Below are positions 26,762 through 36,088 of a stretch of 55,547 nucleotides of DNA, piece after piece. This DNA is from a virus (Duplodnaviria > Caudoviricetes). Position numbers and translations under genes: made by a program. Under the pieces are notes generated by a model, which was not told the DNA's origin, did not search any database, and saw nothing but the letters and a program-made list of their open reading frames with translations. The stretch spans positions 1 through 55,547 of IMG/VR virus record IMGVR_UViG_3300027710_000820. One strand, written 5' to 3'. The first letter of the stretch is position 1. Every line of letters begins with the position of its first letter.

Positions 26762-26784
26762 ATATACATTACATAGGAGCCGAA

Positions 26785-27969
26785 ATGCAACATAGTCTAG
26801 ATCCCGTAGTTGACAAAATTATTGTAGCCCGTGTGGGTTTGCTACTGCGCCATCCATTTTTTGGTAACATGGCTACACGTCTAAAAGTTGTAGATGCCAG
26901 TGATTGGTGCAAGACTGCGGCTACTGATGGACGTCACTTGTTTTACAGCCGCGATTTCTTCGAAGGTCTTACTACAAAACAAGTTGAATTTGTTGTAGCA
27001 CACGAGATTCTGCATAATGTGTTTGATCACATGGGACGTCGTGAAGGGCGTGATGCTAAAATCTTTAACATTGCCGCAGACTATTGTGTTAACGGACAAT
27101 TAGTGCGTGATCGTATTGGAGAGCAACCTCCAAAAATTAAAATTTTCCACGATCCAGTACACTATGGAAAAAGTGCAGAACAAGTCTATGACGAAATATA
27201 CGATCAAATGGATGACGAGCAATTACAAGCCCTAGGCGAGTTGCTTGACGAACATATTGACTGGGAAAAAGAAGATGGTAGTGGCAATGCTCGTCCGCAG
27301 TATTCAAAAGAAGAGCTAAAACAGATTCGTGATGAGATCCGTGAAGCAACAATGCAGGCGGCTAATGCCGCAGGTGCAGGTAATGTGCCTGCCAGTGTTG
27401 CACGTATGATCAAAGAACTAACTGAACCTAAAATGAACTGGCGTGAACTATTGCGTCAACAAATCCAAAGTACAATTAGAAACGATTACAGTTTTAGTCG
27501 CCCTTCACGTAAAGGCTGGCATACTGGTGCAATACTGCCTGGTATGAAGTTTAATGAGACTATCGACATCGCTGTTAGTTTAGACATGTCAGGTAGTATT
27601 ACTGATGCTATGGGCAGAGACTTTATCAGCGAACTTAAAGGCATTATGGACGAGTACAAAGAATACAACATTAAGTTGTGGTGCTTTGATACTAAAGTAT
27701 ATAATGAACAAGACTTCGATGCATTTAGCGGTGAAGACATTTATGATTACAAAATCATGGGTGGCGGTGGTACTGACTTTATGTGTAACTGGGAATACAT
27801 GAAAGAGCATGACATTAACCCTAAGAAGTTTATTATGTTTACAGACGGCTACCCCTGGGACTCATGGGGCGATGATAGTTACTGTGATACATTGTTTATT
27901 ATTCACGGGAACGATACTATTGTTCCGCCATTTGGAGCTCATGCTTACTATGAATTTGATAAAAAGTAA
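26785..27969 (+). CDS. Metallopeptidase-like plus VWA domain protein (DUF2201-like), MoxR partner
   Basis: TAATDG, zincin motif HEILH, MIDAS motif DMSGS, GGGGTDF and FTDG. Confidence 0.88.
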   Translation: MQHSLDPVVDKIIVARVGLLLRHPFFGNMATRLKVVDASDWCKTAATDGRHLFYSRDFFEGLTTKQVEFVVAHEILHNVFDHMGRREGRDAKIFNIAADYCVNGQLVRDRIGEQPPKIKIFHDPVHYGKSAEQVYDEIYDQMDDEQLQALGELLDEHIDWEKEDGSGNARPQYSKEELKQIRDEIREATMQAANAAGAGNVPASVARMIKELTEPKMNWRELLRQQIQSTIRNDYSFSRPSRKGWHTGAILPGMKFNETIDIAVSLDMSGSITDAMGRDFISELKGIMDEYKEYNIKLWCFDTKVYNEQDFDAFSGEDIYDYKIMGGGGTDFMCNWEYMKEHDINPKKFIMFTDGYPWDSWGDDSYCDTLFIIHGNDTIVPPFGAHAYYEFDKK

Positions 27970-27971
27970 TT

Positions 27972-28250
27972 ATGGCAATTAAGAATGGCAAGCCGAACCC
28001 ATTAAATTTCTTGGATCTAAGACGGGTGGATTTTCCAGCCCGTCATTTCCATTTTACTACAATCCTAAAGTACAGCCCATCTTCGGTAAAAAAGATGGAT
28101 GATTGGATTTTTACTAATTTAAACGGACGTTATTATATAGGTCAAGGGATTGATTTAGACCACAACAACTCTGTTGTATACATTACAAAACTGGGATTTG
28201 AACAAGAAAAAGAAATGAGCTTTTTCCTGCTATCATATTCAAATCTGTAA
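27972..28250 (+). CDS. Hypothetical protein
   Basis: 92-aa ORF in the operon. Confidence 0.65.
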   Translation: MAIKNGKPNPLNFLDLRRVDFPARHFHFTTILKYSPSSVKKMDDWIFTNLNGRYYIGQGIDLDHNNSVVYITKLGFEQEKEMSFFLLSYSNL

Positions 28251-28301
28251 CTTCTAAATTATTATACGGCTATATAATGATGTCGTCATTAAGGAGATAT
28301 C

Positions 28302-28550
28302 ATGACTGAAAAAACTAAAGAAGAATTAAAAACAAATGGTGCCCCAGAGGCCGCACCTACTACAGCTCAAGAACCGGCTGCTGACAACGATTTAAATATT
28401 AATGATTTGAACGCAATGAAACAAATTATTGATATCGCTAGTGGACGCGGTGCGTTCAAAGCAGGGGAGATGGAAGCCGTGGGCAAAATCTATAACAAAC
28501 TAGCAAATTTCTTAGCGCAAGTAGCCGCTAAAGGACAACAAAATGGTTGA
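28302..28550 (+). CDS. Hypothetical phage protein
   Basis: AAGGAG RBS; IIDIASGRGAFKAGEMEAVG motif. Confidence 0.75.
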   Translation: MTEKTKEELKTNGAPEAAPTTAQEPAADNDLNINDLNAMKQIIDIASGRGAFKAGEMEAVGKIYNKLANFLAQVAAKGQQNG

Positions 28551-29169
28551 TTTAAAACACGTAGGCAGGATCGCTGCCACTGGTAGAAAATGTTTAGTAG
28601 CATACAAAACATTGCCAGGAGAATCGAATAGCTGTTTGATTATCCAAACAGAGAGTTTGCCAGATGAACAACATAATGCATTAATTAATTTAGTTGAATC
28701 ACCTGCTGGACAAGAGGCAGGAGAATTTGCTGAAGTATTAGCAAGAAGTCATTTCCCTGACGGAAGCGTTATGTTGGCTGCGCTACACGTTCAAGGCAAA
28801 CTAACCAAGGTAGCAACTGATCAAGTTGAAATGGTTCCTAACTTTACAACAAAGGTTAACTTAGCCGAACTAAACAGTATCATTGCACAGCAAATGAACG
28901 TGGCTGTAGATGACTTGGCTATTAAGTCATCTCAAGTAACTAAGCCAAATGTTGAAGTTACAGAAGTTGCCAGTATAAATGAAATTCCTTCAGGAATTGC
29001 AGATGCTGGTAAGACTACATCAACTAGTGTAAACGAAACTGCACCAGTAACATTTGAATCGCCAGAAGAAGAAGCAAAGTTTTATCGCAGTCAAGCTGAT
29101 AAACTAGCCAAAGAAGCTGCCGCAATGCGTAGAAAGGCCGAGGAATTATCCCCAATCAAGAAAAAATGA
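28543..29169 (+). CDS. Hypothetical protein
   Basis: 208 aa; AAGGA RBS. Confidence 0.75.
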   Translation: MVDLKHVGRIAATGRKCLVAYKTLPGESNSCLIIQTESLPDEQHNALINLVESPAGQEAGEFAEVLARSHFPDGSVMLAALHVQGKLTKVATDQVEMVPNFTTKVNLAELNSIIAQQMNVAVDDLAIKSSQVTKPNVEVTEVASINEIPSGIADAGKTTSTSVNETAPVTFESPEEEAKFYRSQADKLAKEAAAMRRKAEELSPIKKK

Positions 29170-29483
29170 CATCTAAGAAGCTTTCAAAAGATGTCATCGA
29201 ACGTTGGCCTGAAGTGTTTGGAGAAGTTACTTTAAACGTAGTACCTTTAAAGTATCTTCATTCAATACAGATTAAATTTAGAGACAACAAAGTTTGGGAT
29301 ATCGCTATCGGTGCAAAAAATAATGATACCGATTGGGTCGCTATAGAGAAGAATATCCACGAAATTTTTACAACGTATCAAGAAGAAATTGACAACGTAG
29401 ATTTTAAACTAGATACTGAAAAAATTAAACGAGATATTGTTAAAAGTACAAACAAATTTTTAAAGACAAAGAAATTAAGATGA
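29166..29483 (+). CDS. Hypothetical protein
   Basis: ATGA-coupled 105-aa ORF. Confidence 0.7.
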   Translation: MTSKKLSKDVIERWPEVFGEVTLNVVPLKYLHSIQIKFRDNKVWDIAIGAKNNDTDWVAIEKNIHEIFTTYQEEIDNVDFKLDTEKIKRDIVKSTNKFLKTKKLR

Positions 29484-30145
29484 AAGTAAAATTAGTATCG
29501 TATAGTCAAGCATCTGATGAATTTGCAAAAAACGGGATTGATGACGTGCAAGAGCTTATCGCTTTTTGTGCCCGTGTAAGCAACCCCTCAAATCAGTTTA
29601 ATACAGAAACTAGTGAAAAACTTATTGGTTATCTAATCAAGCACCAACATTGGAGTCCGCTCGAAATGGTCAGTGCTTGTTTAGAAATTGAAACAACAAG
29701 AGATATTGCTAGACAAATTTTAAGACATAGAAGTTTCAGCTTCCAAGAATTCAGTCAACGATATGCTGATCCTACTAAAGACTTAGACTTTGTAATCCGT
29801 GAAGCTAGACTACAGGATACTAAGAACAGACAAAATAGTGTTAAAACCGAAGATGTAGAATTGCAGGCTTGGTGGGATGCTAAACAGAAATTCATCATTG
29901 AAACTGTCAAAACAACTTATGCAGAAGCAATTGAACGTGGAATCGCCAAAGAGCAAGCCCGTGCTATTTTACCAGAAGGTAATACAGTAAGTCGCTTGTA
30001 TATGAATGGCACATTACGTAGTTGGATTCACTTTATCGAGTTGCGTAGTGCTAATGGCACACAACTAGAGCATCAAGAAGTTGCTCGAGAGTGTGCTTGC
30101 GTTATTGCTGCCATATTCCCAATGGTCAAAAATCACGTACATTAA
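29480..30145 (+). CDS. thyX: Flavin-dependent thymidylate synthase
   Basis: ARVS, HWSPLE, signature RHRSFSFQEFSQRY, EQAR.ILP and Q.EH. Confidence 0.95.
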   Translation: MKVKLVSYSQASDEFAKNGIDDVQELIAFCARVSNPSNQFNTETSEKLIGYLIKHQHWSPLEMVSACLEIETTRDIARQILRHRSFSFQEFSQRYADPTKDLDFVIREARLQDTKNRQNSVKTEDVELQAWWDAKQKFIIETVKTTYAEAIERGIAKEQARAILPEGNTVSRLYMNGTLRSWIHFIELRSANGTQLEHQEVARECACVIAAIFPMVKNHVH

Positions 30146-31305
30146 TTAGTAAACGTTTTATCGCCGGGCCACAAAGGTAACTTTGTTCCCGGCTTTCTTT
30201 TGGGTATTTTACTATCAGCACTGCTTACACAACTGTCTGTAACACAAGGTTGTGGGCCATCAAATAATTTAAATCCAGTTTCAATGTTGCCTAAAGGTGC
30301 ATCATGGCAACTATAGCTACGCTTGATTGATCCGTCAGGTTCACGTATAATGATACTGCGATAGCCACTGCTACATTCCCAGTCTCTAAACTTATTAAAG
30401 TTAAAAGCATTAAATCGTTCTGCTTGATCCATGTACCAAACCTTTTTAGTTTTATCGACGAACTCAACTTGAAAGTGTTGCGGTATAGTATCTTGGCTGT
30501 ATATCGGGTCTGGCTCTTTTTTAAATGTAGGCTGAGGACGTTCAACTAGTTTTGCGAGTGCGGATTTTGCCTCTGTGAAGGCACGTTGTGGCATGCCGTT
30601 ATGCAATACCTTAAGCATTTCCGGAGTATATCCGTCAACTACTCTACTAGCAGTAGGATCACTCTGCGGCTTTAATGTTACATTAATTCCCCTATTATGA
30701 AAATACAGTGCATTCTCATAATCCCTATCAAACCATTCCGGAACCATAACCATGTTGATAGTTACTTGAACATCGTGCTGTTGGCATAGATCTAGCTTGT
30801 CAGCAAACTCTGACATTTTTTCTTTTGTATTAACGTGTTCAGTATGTAAACTGGCAGTTATACTTGCTCTGTGAAATTTACTTACAGCAGGGCAATATTC
30901 TTCTTTATGCCACTTTAGTGTACGACTCATGTTTGTAGTCATGTGTACACTTGTATAATTTGTGTTACCAGCATCATTGTTTAAGTGGTTAAGAATGTCA
31001 ATATATCCAGGATGGAATGTTGGCTCTCCTCCACTTAGACTAAAATGGAAACTATTAAATCCACGTTCACGAGCTTGACGTTTTATTTCATCTACTGTTG
31101 CCAAACAAAGTTCAGTAGGTCTATGATCTTTTTTGTCACTGCGAGCATAAGGCCAGCAGTAGCTACAGTTATAATTACAAAATCTTCCTAATAACCAACT
31201 TACAGTAAACAGGTCACGATATAACATTGTACGCTGTCCTACACGCTCAATGTCACCATAAGGAATTTGTGTAAAATCGTAAGCCGACTTTGTTAAATCA
31301 TTCAT
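30142..31305 (-). CDS. Radical SAM protein with C-terminal Cys-rich (SPASM/Twitch-like) region
   Basis: CNYNCSYC and SGGEP; C-terminal C...SC...CxxxxC. Confidence 0.9.
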   Translation of the reverse strand: MNDLTKSAYDFTQIPYGDIERVGQRTMLYRDLFTVSWLLGRFCNYNCSYCWPYARSDKKDHRPTELCLATVDEIKRQARERGFNSFHFSLSGGEPTFHPGYIDILNHLNNDAGNTNYTSVHMTTNMSRTLKWHKEEYCPAVSKFHRASITASLHTEHVNTKEKMSEFADKLDLCQQHDVQVTINMVMVPEWFDRDYENALYFHNRGINVTLKPQSDPTASRVVDGYTPEMLKVLHNGMPQRAFTEAKSALAKLVERPQPTFKKEPDPIYSQDTIPQHFQVEFVDKTKKVWYMDQAERFNAFNFNKFRDWECSSGYRSIIIREPDGSIKRSYSCHDAPLGNIETGFKLFDGPQPCVTDSCVSSADSKIPKRKPGTKLPLWPGDKTFTN

Positions 31306-32422
31306 ATAAATCTTTCATTGTATCATAAAGCTCTGTGTTATAATCTTTCCAATGCTCTGATCGCAGTTCATTAAGGATCGAGTCTTGTTTAATAAATTTG
31401 TTAATATCGCCTGGTCTATTAAGCTCGTCTAATACCACTTTAAATAAAGGTATATCAATACTAGTGTTCCAATCAGTAATTTTGGCTTTGATTAGTTCTT
31501 TTGCAGTATTAGGTAAATGTCTAGGCAACATCCAATCAGGCCCGTCAGCTAACACGTAATCAATATTCATCTTAGGAAAATTAGTTTTTATAAAAGTGTA
31601 CAGTAAATCAATTTGATTTAAGTTATATATACTAGCAACTGAATGTAGACCAACTGAATTTTTATCTAACTTTTCACTAAAATTATTGTAGAACCAATGC
31701 AGGTTTTCTACTGTTTTTTCCCACTTGCTACCTTTTCTTAAAAAGTCATTTAATGTACCATATGCGTCAATACTTAGATTAATCCTAACTTGTTTGCATT
31801 CGCTTAATAATGAATACAGTTCAGTAGAAGGAACCATCGTTGCATTTGTTGTAAGCATTATTGATAAATTTTTTCGATCACATCGTTTTAGTACATCAAT
31901 AAATTTATCCTCATCCATCAAAGGTTCGCCACCTATTAACTTAATAGCTCGTAATTTAGATAAGTCATATGAGCTTAATACTACGTTTTGCTCAATAATG
32001 CCTTTAGGTATTTTCATCCCTAATGCTTTTGCATCACTATACCAACTTGTACTTAACTCTGGTCCACACATACGACATTTGTTATTACATGTGTTACTCA
32101 ATGCTAAATCCAAATATACAAGAGAGGGTTCAGTATTTCCAATATCTAATCCAAAATCTTTACCTTTTTCCATAAAGTACATTCGTGTACTCTTACCTGT
32201 CTTTTCTTCATTTTCATAACATTTAGAACATCCTTCAACAGGCTCGTTGTTTCTCATTTTATTTCGAATGTCTTCTAAAAATTCATGATTAAAAACATTA
32301 GGGTCAGTTATCTTAAAGTCCTCTGGAACTGTGTCCCAGCGAAATATACAACAAGGAAATACACGGCCATTAGGACGTATTGCCAAATGGCTAAATGGCA
32401 GTGGGCAATAGCTTTTAGTCAT
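31298..32422 (-). CDS. Radical SAM protein with N-terminal SPASM/Twitch-like domain
   Basis: N-terminal CPLP...PCC...CSKC; CNNKCRMC; GGEP. Confidence 0.9.
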   Translation of the reverse strand: MTKSYCPLPFSHLAIRPNGRVFPCCIFRWDTVPEDFKITDPNVFNHEFLEDIRNKMRNNEPVEGCSKCYENEEKTGKSTRMYFMEKGKDFGLDIGNTEPSLVYLDLALSNTCNNKCRMCGPELSTSWYSDAKALGMKIPKGIIEQNVVLSSYDLSKLRAIKLIGGEPLMDEDKFIDVLKRCDRKNLSIMLTTNATMVPSTELYSLLSECKQVRINLSIDAYGTLNDFLRKGSKWEKTVENLHWFYNNFSEKLDKNSVGLHSVASIYNLNQIDLLYTFIKTNFPKMNIDYVLADGPDWMLPRHLPNTAKELIKAKITDWNTSIDIPLFKVVLDELNRPGDINKFIKQDSILNELRSEHWKDYNTELYDTMKDLYE

Positions 32423-33632
32423 TATTCATCCATTTAGTAAGTAAGGGATCTAAAAAATCATTATAATTTTGATTCCTAGAAAGGTCAAACAACGTAGATT
32501 CATCTACTATTAATTGTCTATTCTCTTTGTTGTTGTTTATAGCGTTATCGATTTGTTTAATTAAGTTAACAACTTTACCGTCTTCTAAATTATTCTCATT
32601 GAGAATATAAGGAGCAATGCGGGTCTTTGCTTCTTCTAAAATATGAATTGGCAAATGCTTTAGTGCAATGCCCCTATCAACATCATAGATTTCAGCAAAT
32701 CCTATCGAAGCGCCTTTGGTTACACTTCTTACCCACTCAATATAGTCTGGGATATTTAATAAATTATGAGCACTGACTACCATTGTGAAATTTAGTACTT
32801 TGTCATAATTAGTTACATTGTTAATATAATTAACAACACTTTCATTCATTTGTTCAAATGTTGCCGGGTACCTAATATATTCGTAGGCTTTATCAACACC
32901 ATCAATACTAAATGTATGTTTATTTCGTTTAAACTGATTTATGATATCAACAAGCTCATCATTAAACTGTGTAGCATTAGTATGAAACATTAGTGTAGTG
33001 TGTTTAGCATTACCCGTTTCAACATAACGTTTTAATAGTTGTAAAACTTTGTTATCATAAAACGGTTCTCCACCCGATGCTTTAATAACTTTAATTGTAT
33101 CAGTGTTATTCATCATCCAATCCCACTGGATTGATTTAGTTGCTTCTATGGCGTAGGACTTTACCCAACGTTTTGTAGTCTTTTCAGCTAGTTCTAATAG
33201 GCCATTCTTTTCAAAATATTGATAATCGGCCATTAATTGATGACTTGCCGTTGGTGTACACATCCTGCATCGTAGATTGCAGATGTTAGATGCAGTTATA
33301 TCAATGACAGAAAGCCCATCTTCCTCATATCCGTAATCTGTATTTGAATATTCTCTAAAGGATTTTAACCCCCTGTCTTCTTGTTCCCAGCAAACTTTAC
33401 AAGCGGAATCTTTTACGCCGTTTGATAAATTTTGCCTTAATAACTCCATTCGAGGATGATCAAACATTTCTTGCGGTGTTAACAAATGCATATCAGGAAT
33501 ATCTAATACAGGATCATCTGAAGGAAGATTTCCCATCATGCAACATGGCCAAAACTCTCGTAACTTATTGCCATCAAATTCTTTAATGGCAATTTCTCTA
33601 AAAGGATATCTGCAATACGTTTTACTTGACAT
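32415..33632 (-). CDS. Radical SAM protein with N-terminal SPASM/Twitch-like domain
   Basis: CRYP...PCC...CKVC; CNLRCRMC; SGGEP. Confidence 0.9.
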   Translation of the reverse strand: MSSKTYCRYPFREIAIKEFDGNKLREFWPCCMMGNLPSDDPVLDIPDMHLLTPQEMFDHPRMELLRQNLSNGVKDSACKVCWEQEDRGLKSFREYSNTDYGYEEDGLSVIDITASNICNLRCRMCTPTASHQLMADYQYFEKNGLLELAEKTTKRWVKSYAIEATKSIQWDWMMNNTDTIKVIKASGGEPFYDNKVLQLLKRYVETGNAKHTTLMFHTNATQFNDELVDIINQFKRNKHTFSIDGVDKAYEYIRYPATFEQMNESVVNYINNVTNYDKVLNFTMVVSAHNLLNIPDYIEWVRSVTKGASIGFAEIYDVDRGIALKHLPIHILEEAKTRIAPYILNENNLEDGKVVNLIKQIDNAINNNKENRQLIVDESTLFDLSRNQNYNDFLDPLLTKWMNND

Positions 33633-34083
33633 TTTTTTCCTCTAACAAAGAGTTGTTGAATACGTTTTTATCAACATGTCTAAATAATACCTTTTGGTAA
33701 GATTCTTTATTAGAACTCTTTGGCGCACATAATCCACATCCGCAAGTATGTTTAGGACAAATTATAGTAGGCATTGTTTCACTTTCTAATCTAGCCTTCA
33801 ACTCTGCTAAAATTTTGTCACCCTCACTTAACTTACCGATAGGACCGCGTGTTCCACCAAACTGTGCTTGACATGTTTGATGATGAAATACGCTATCTGT
33901 CTGTTGTTCAATGTGCATAAAGAACCAGTTGACACTACAATGCCATCCTTTAAATTCTCTAAAATCAACAAACTTACTTTTACGATCAGAGTCGGGTTCA
34001 CAACTGTTACTTAGACACATGGTCCTGCTTCCACAGCAAGGTCTTCCAATCTTTAATGCTAACTCTTTTTTTTCTTCACTCAT
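33622..34083 (-). CDS. Cys-rich Fe-S (SPASM-like) protein, apparent C-terminal half of a split radical SAM enzyme
   Basis: PCCG, FKGWHC, QTC and CPKHTCGCGLC. Parallels the C-terminus of 30142-31305 (FRDWEC...SC...PC...C). Confidence 0.7.
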   Translation of the reverse strand: MSEEKKELALKIGRPCCGSRTMCLSNSCEPDSDRKSKFVDFREFKGWHCSVNWFFMHIEQQTDSVFHHQTCQAQFGGTRGPIGKLSEGDKILAELKARLESETMPTIICPKHTCGCGLCAPKSSNKESYQKVLFRHVDKNVFNNSLLEEKNVK

Positions 34084-34790
34084 GCCATCTGTACCTTTTT
34101 AGTATTGTTTGCCCAGTAATCTTTGAACCATGTAGTCTGTTGTTCAGTGTACATATGAGCAAAATTACTTCTACTATCTGGCTCTTCTCCAATAATTCTA
34201 GGCACATACTTAATATCTTTGCTATCTAAGAAGTCGCATACTGCAATACATTCATCAAAGTACGCGGCATGAAACATAACATTAATACTGATTGTACACT
34301 TATGTTCTTTACCATAAGTAGCAAACTGTACCATACGGTCTTTAACTTGTTGCTTTAACTTGTTGTCAGCTTCTGCGTGGTAACTGATTGTTATGTGATC
34401 AAAATTTTCCATAACTTGCGTTGCCATCTTTTCGCCCATTGCACCGTTACTTGTTAGCGCAAAACTACATTCATATTTGTCTTTGTATTTCTGCTCGTAT
34501 GTTTCTCTAATGTATTTTGCAAACGGGATAAAGTTAGGATTTACAGTTGGTTCACCACCAGTGAAGCTAATACTTGCCCGTTTATAATCTCTATATGTCA
34601 TGTATAAATTAACGTACTCTAATACAAAGTCGCTATTTTTAATAAGATCATCTAAAGTAGCATGTGGACTAAAGTTGTCATGCCTGTGAGCTGGACAATA
34701 ACTGCAATCGTAATTGCAACGGCGTCCAGTGTCCCATGTGACTTGGAACACATTTCCGTCTAACAGATCAACTGTATCAAAACTAGCCAT
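34080..34790 (-). CDS. Radical SAM core domain protein (236 aa)
   Basis: CNYDCSYC, TGGEP and ISYHAE; paralogue of the N-terminal part of 30142-31305. Confidence 0.88.
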   Translation of the reverse strand: MASFDTVDLLDGNVFQVTWDTGRRCNYDCSYCPAHRHDNFSPHATLDDLIKNSDFVLEYVNLYMTYRDYKRASISFTGGEPTVNPNFIPFAKYIRETYEQKYKDKYECSFALTSNGAMGEKMATQVMENFDHITISYHAEADNKLKQQVKDRMVQFATYGKEHKCTISINVMFHAAYFDECIAVCDFLDSKDIKYVPRIIGEEPDSRSNFAHMYTEQQTTWFKDYWANNTKKVQMA

Positions 34791-36088
34791 TAAATATAAT
34801 CCTTAAATTTTGGTTCTACATCTAGTAAATTCTCATCTCGAATGGAATCTAGTTGTTTTGTATATTTTACAAACTCATCCCAGTATTCATCGTGATAACT
34901 CTCGCTATTCATATAGCCGGTAACACCTTTAACTATGTCTTCTGCTTGTTTAATAACATGCTCATTATATCCGCATGTTTTTACCCACTCTAAGAACTCT
35001 TGAAAACTCTGTGTTACTTCTTTCTTGTAAGCATCTGGTAGGACTCTTACATTTAAATGCTTTGGATGGTGTGCTACGTGGTGCGTAATAATAGGACGGC
35101 GGTTAGTCGAGTTAACTCTTTTAAGACCGCTTTCACTAAGTTTCCATTTCATAAAATCAATCATATGATTTACATTATATGCAGTGACTGTAAACGCTAC
35201 CCAAGAGATAATATTACTTGGCAGTGCATCTACTTTACGTAAATTATCTAATGTTTTATCCCACTTGGCCGGACTTCTCTGATACTCTTGTACTGCACCC
35301 ATACCGTCAACACTTGCTCCGACACGTACTTGTTTAAAGCTCTTCCACAGATTAGTAACACGAGTAGGTAATGTACTCATGTTTGTATTGTATTCAATAA
35401 TGATGTGTTTCGCGGCGTCATTATCTACGCACCGTTCAAGAAAATCATAATGACGTTCTATTAGCATAGGCTCACCGCCAGCAAAATACACATGTTCAAT
35501 GTTGTGTATGTTTGCTTCGAGCTGTTCCCAGAACGGCTCATATTCTGGCCAGTTAAATGCCGCAACTTTATCATCAACAATTTCCATTATTCCCGAAGTG
35601 TCTTTAAACTTGTTAGTTCCCGTTAATTTAATCCAGTCGCTGTACCATGCACTACTATCAGTAGGGCCGCACATGCGACATTTTAAATTACAAAAATTAC
35701 CGAAGCGTAAATCATAGTATACTACAGGAAAGTCCCCTGTGTCAATACTACCATCATCATTTGTTCTAGCTCTAACGTCATCAATGTTCAATTTCCATTG
35801 TTCATTCTCGTATGTACGTCTACTAACTAGGCCATTTGTTTCTTCATTCTTACAGCGACCACATTCGTCACTCCAAACATCATTAAGCATGTTGAGACGC
35901 ATGGACTTCATCATGTCTGTATTTCTAGCATCGCATAACTTATCTTTGCCAGCGTTAAATGCAGTACCATCTTCTTTACGGATTACTCCTTGATTCTTAG
36001 TCACGTTGGCTTGACAGCAAACACGTATGTCACCGTTGGCACGTATTGCTTGGAAATTCCAAGGAACTGGACAGAATGTTTTAGACAT
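34790..36088 (-). CDS. Radical SAM protein with N-terminal SPASM/Twitch-like domain
   Basis: CPVPW...VCC...CGRC; CNLKCRMC; FAGGEP. Confidence 0.9.
   Translation of the reverse strand: MSKTFCPVPWNFQAIRANGDIRVCCQANVTKNQGVIRKEDGTAFNAGKDKLCDARNTDMMKSMRLNMLNDVWSDECGRCKNEETNGLVSRRTYENEQWKLNIDDVRARTNDDGSIDTGDFPVVYYDLRFGNFCNLKCRMCGPTDSSAWYSDWIKLTGTNKFKDTSGIMEIVDDKVAAFNWPEYEPFWEQLEANIHNIEHVYFAGGEPMLIERHYDFLERCVDNDAAKHIIIEYNTNMSTLPTRVTNLWKSFKQVRVGASVDGMGAVQEYQRSPAKWDKTLDNLRKVDALPSNIISWVAFTVTAYNVNHMIDFMKWKLSESGLKRVNSTNRRPIITHHVAHHPKHLNVRVLPDAYKKEVTQSFQEFLEWVKTCGYNEHVIKQAEDIVKGVTGYMNSESYHDEYWDEFVKYTKQLDSIRDENLLDVEPKFKDYI

Noticed and set aside
28250-28280. Possible sigma70 promoter (TATAAT at 28273-28278)
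   Set aside because: There is no acceptable -35 at 16-18 bp spacing in this AT-rich context.
258-30100. Numerous short - strand ORFs in the track opposite the + strand genes
   Set aside because: They are antisense shadows of well-supported genes, with no RBS or recognisable motifs.
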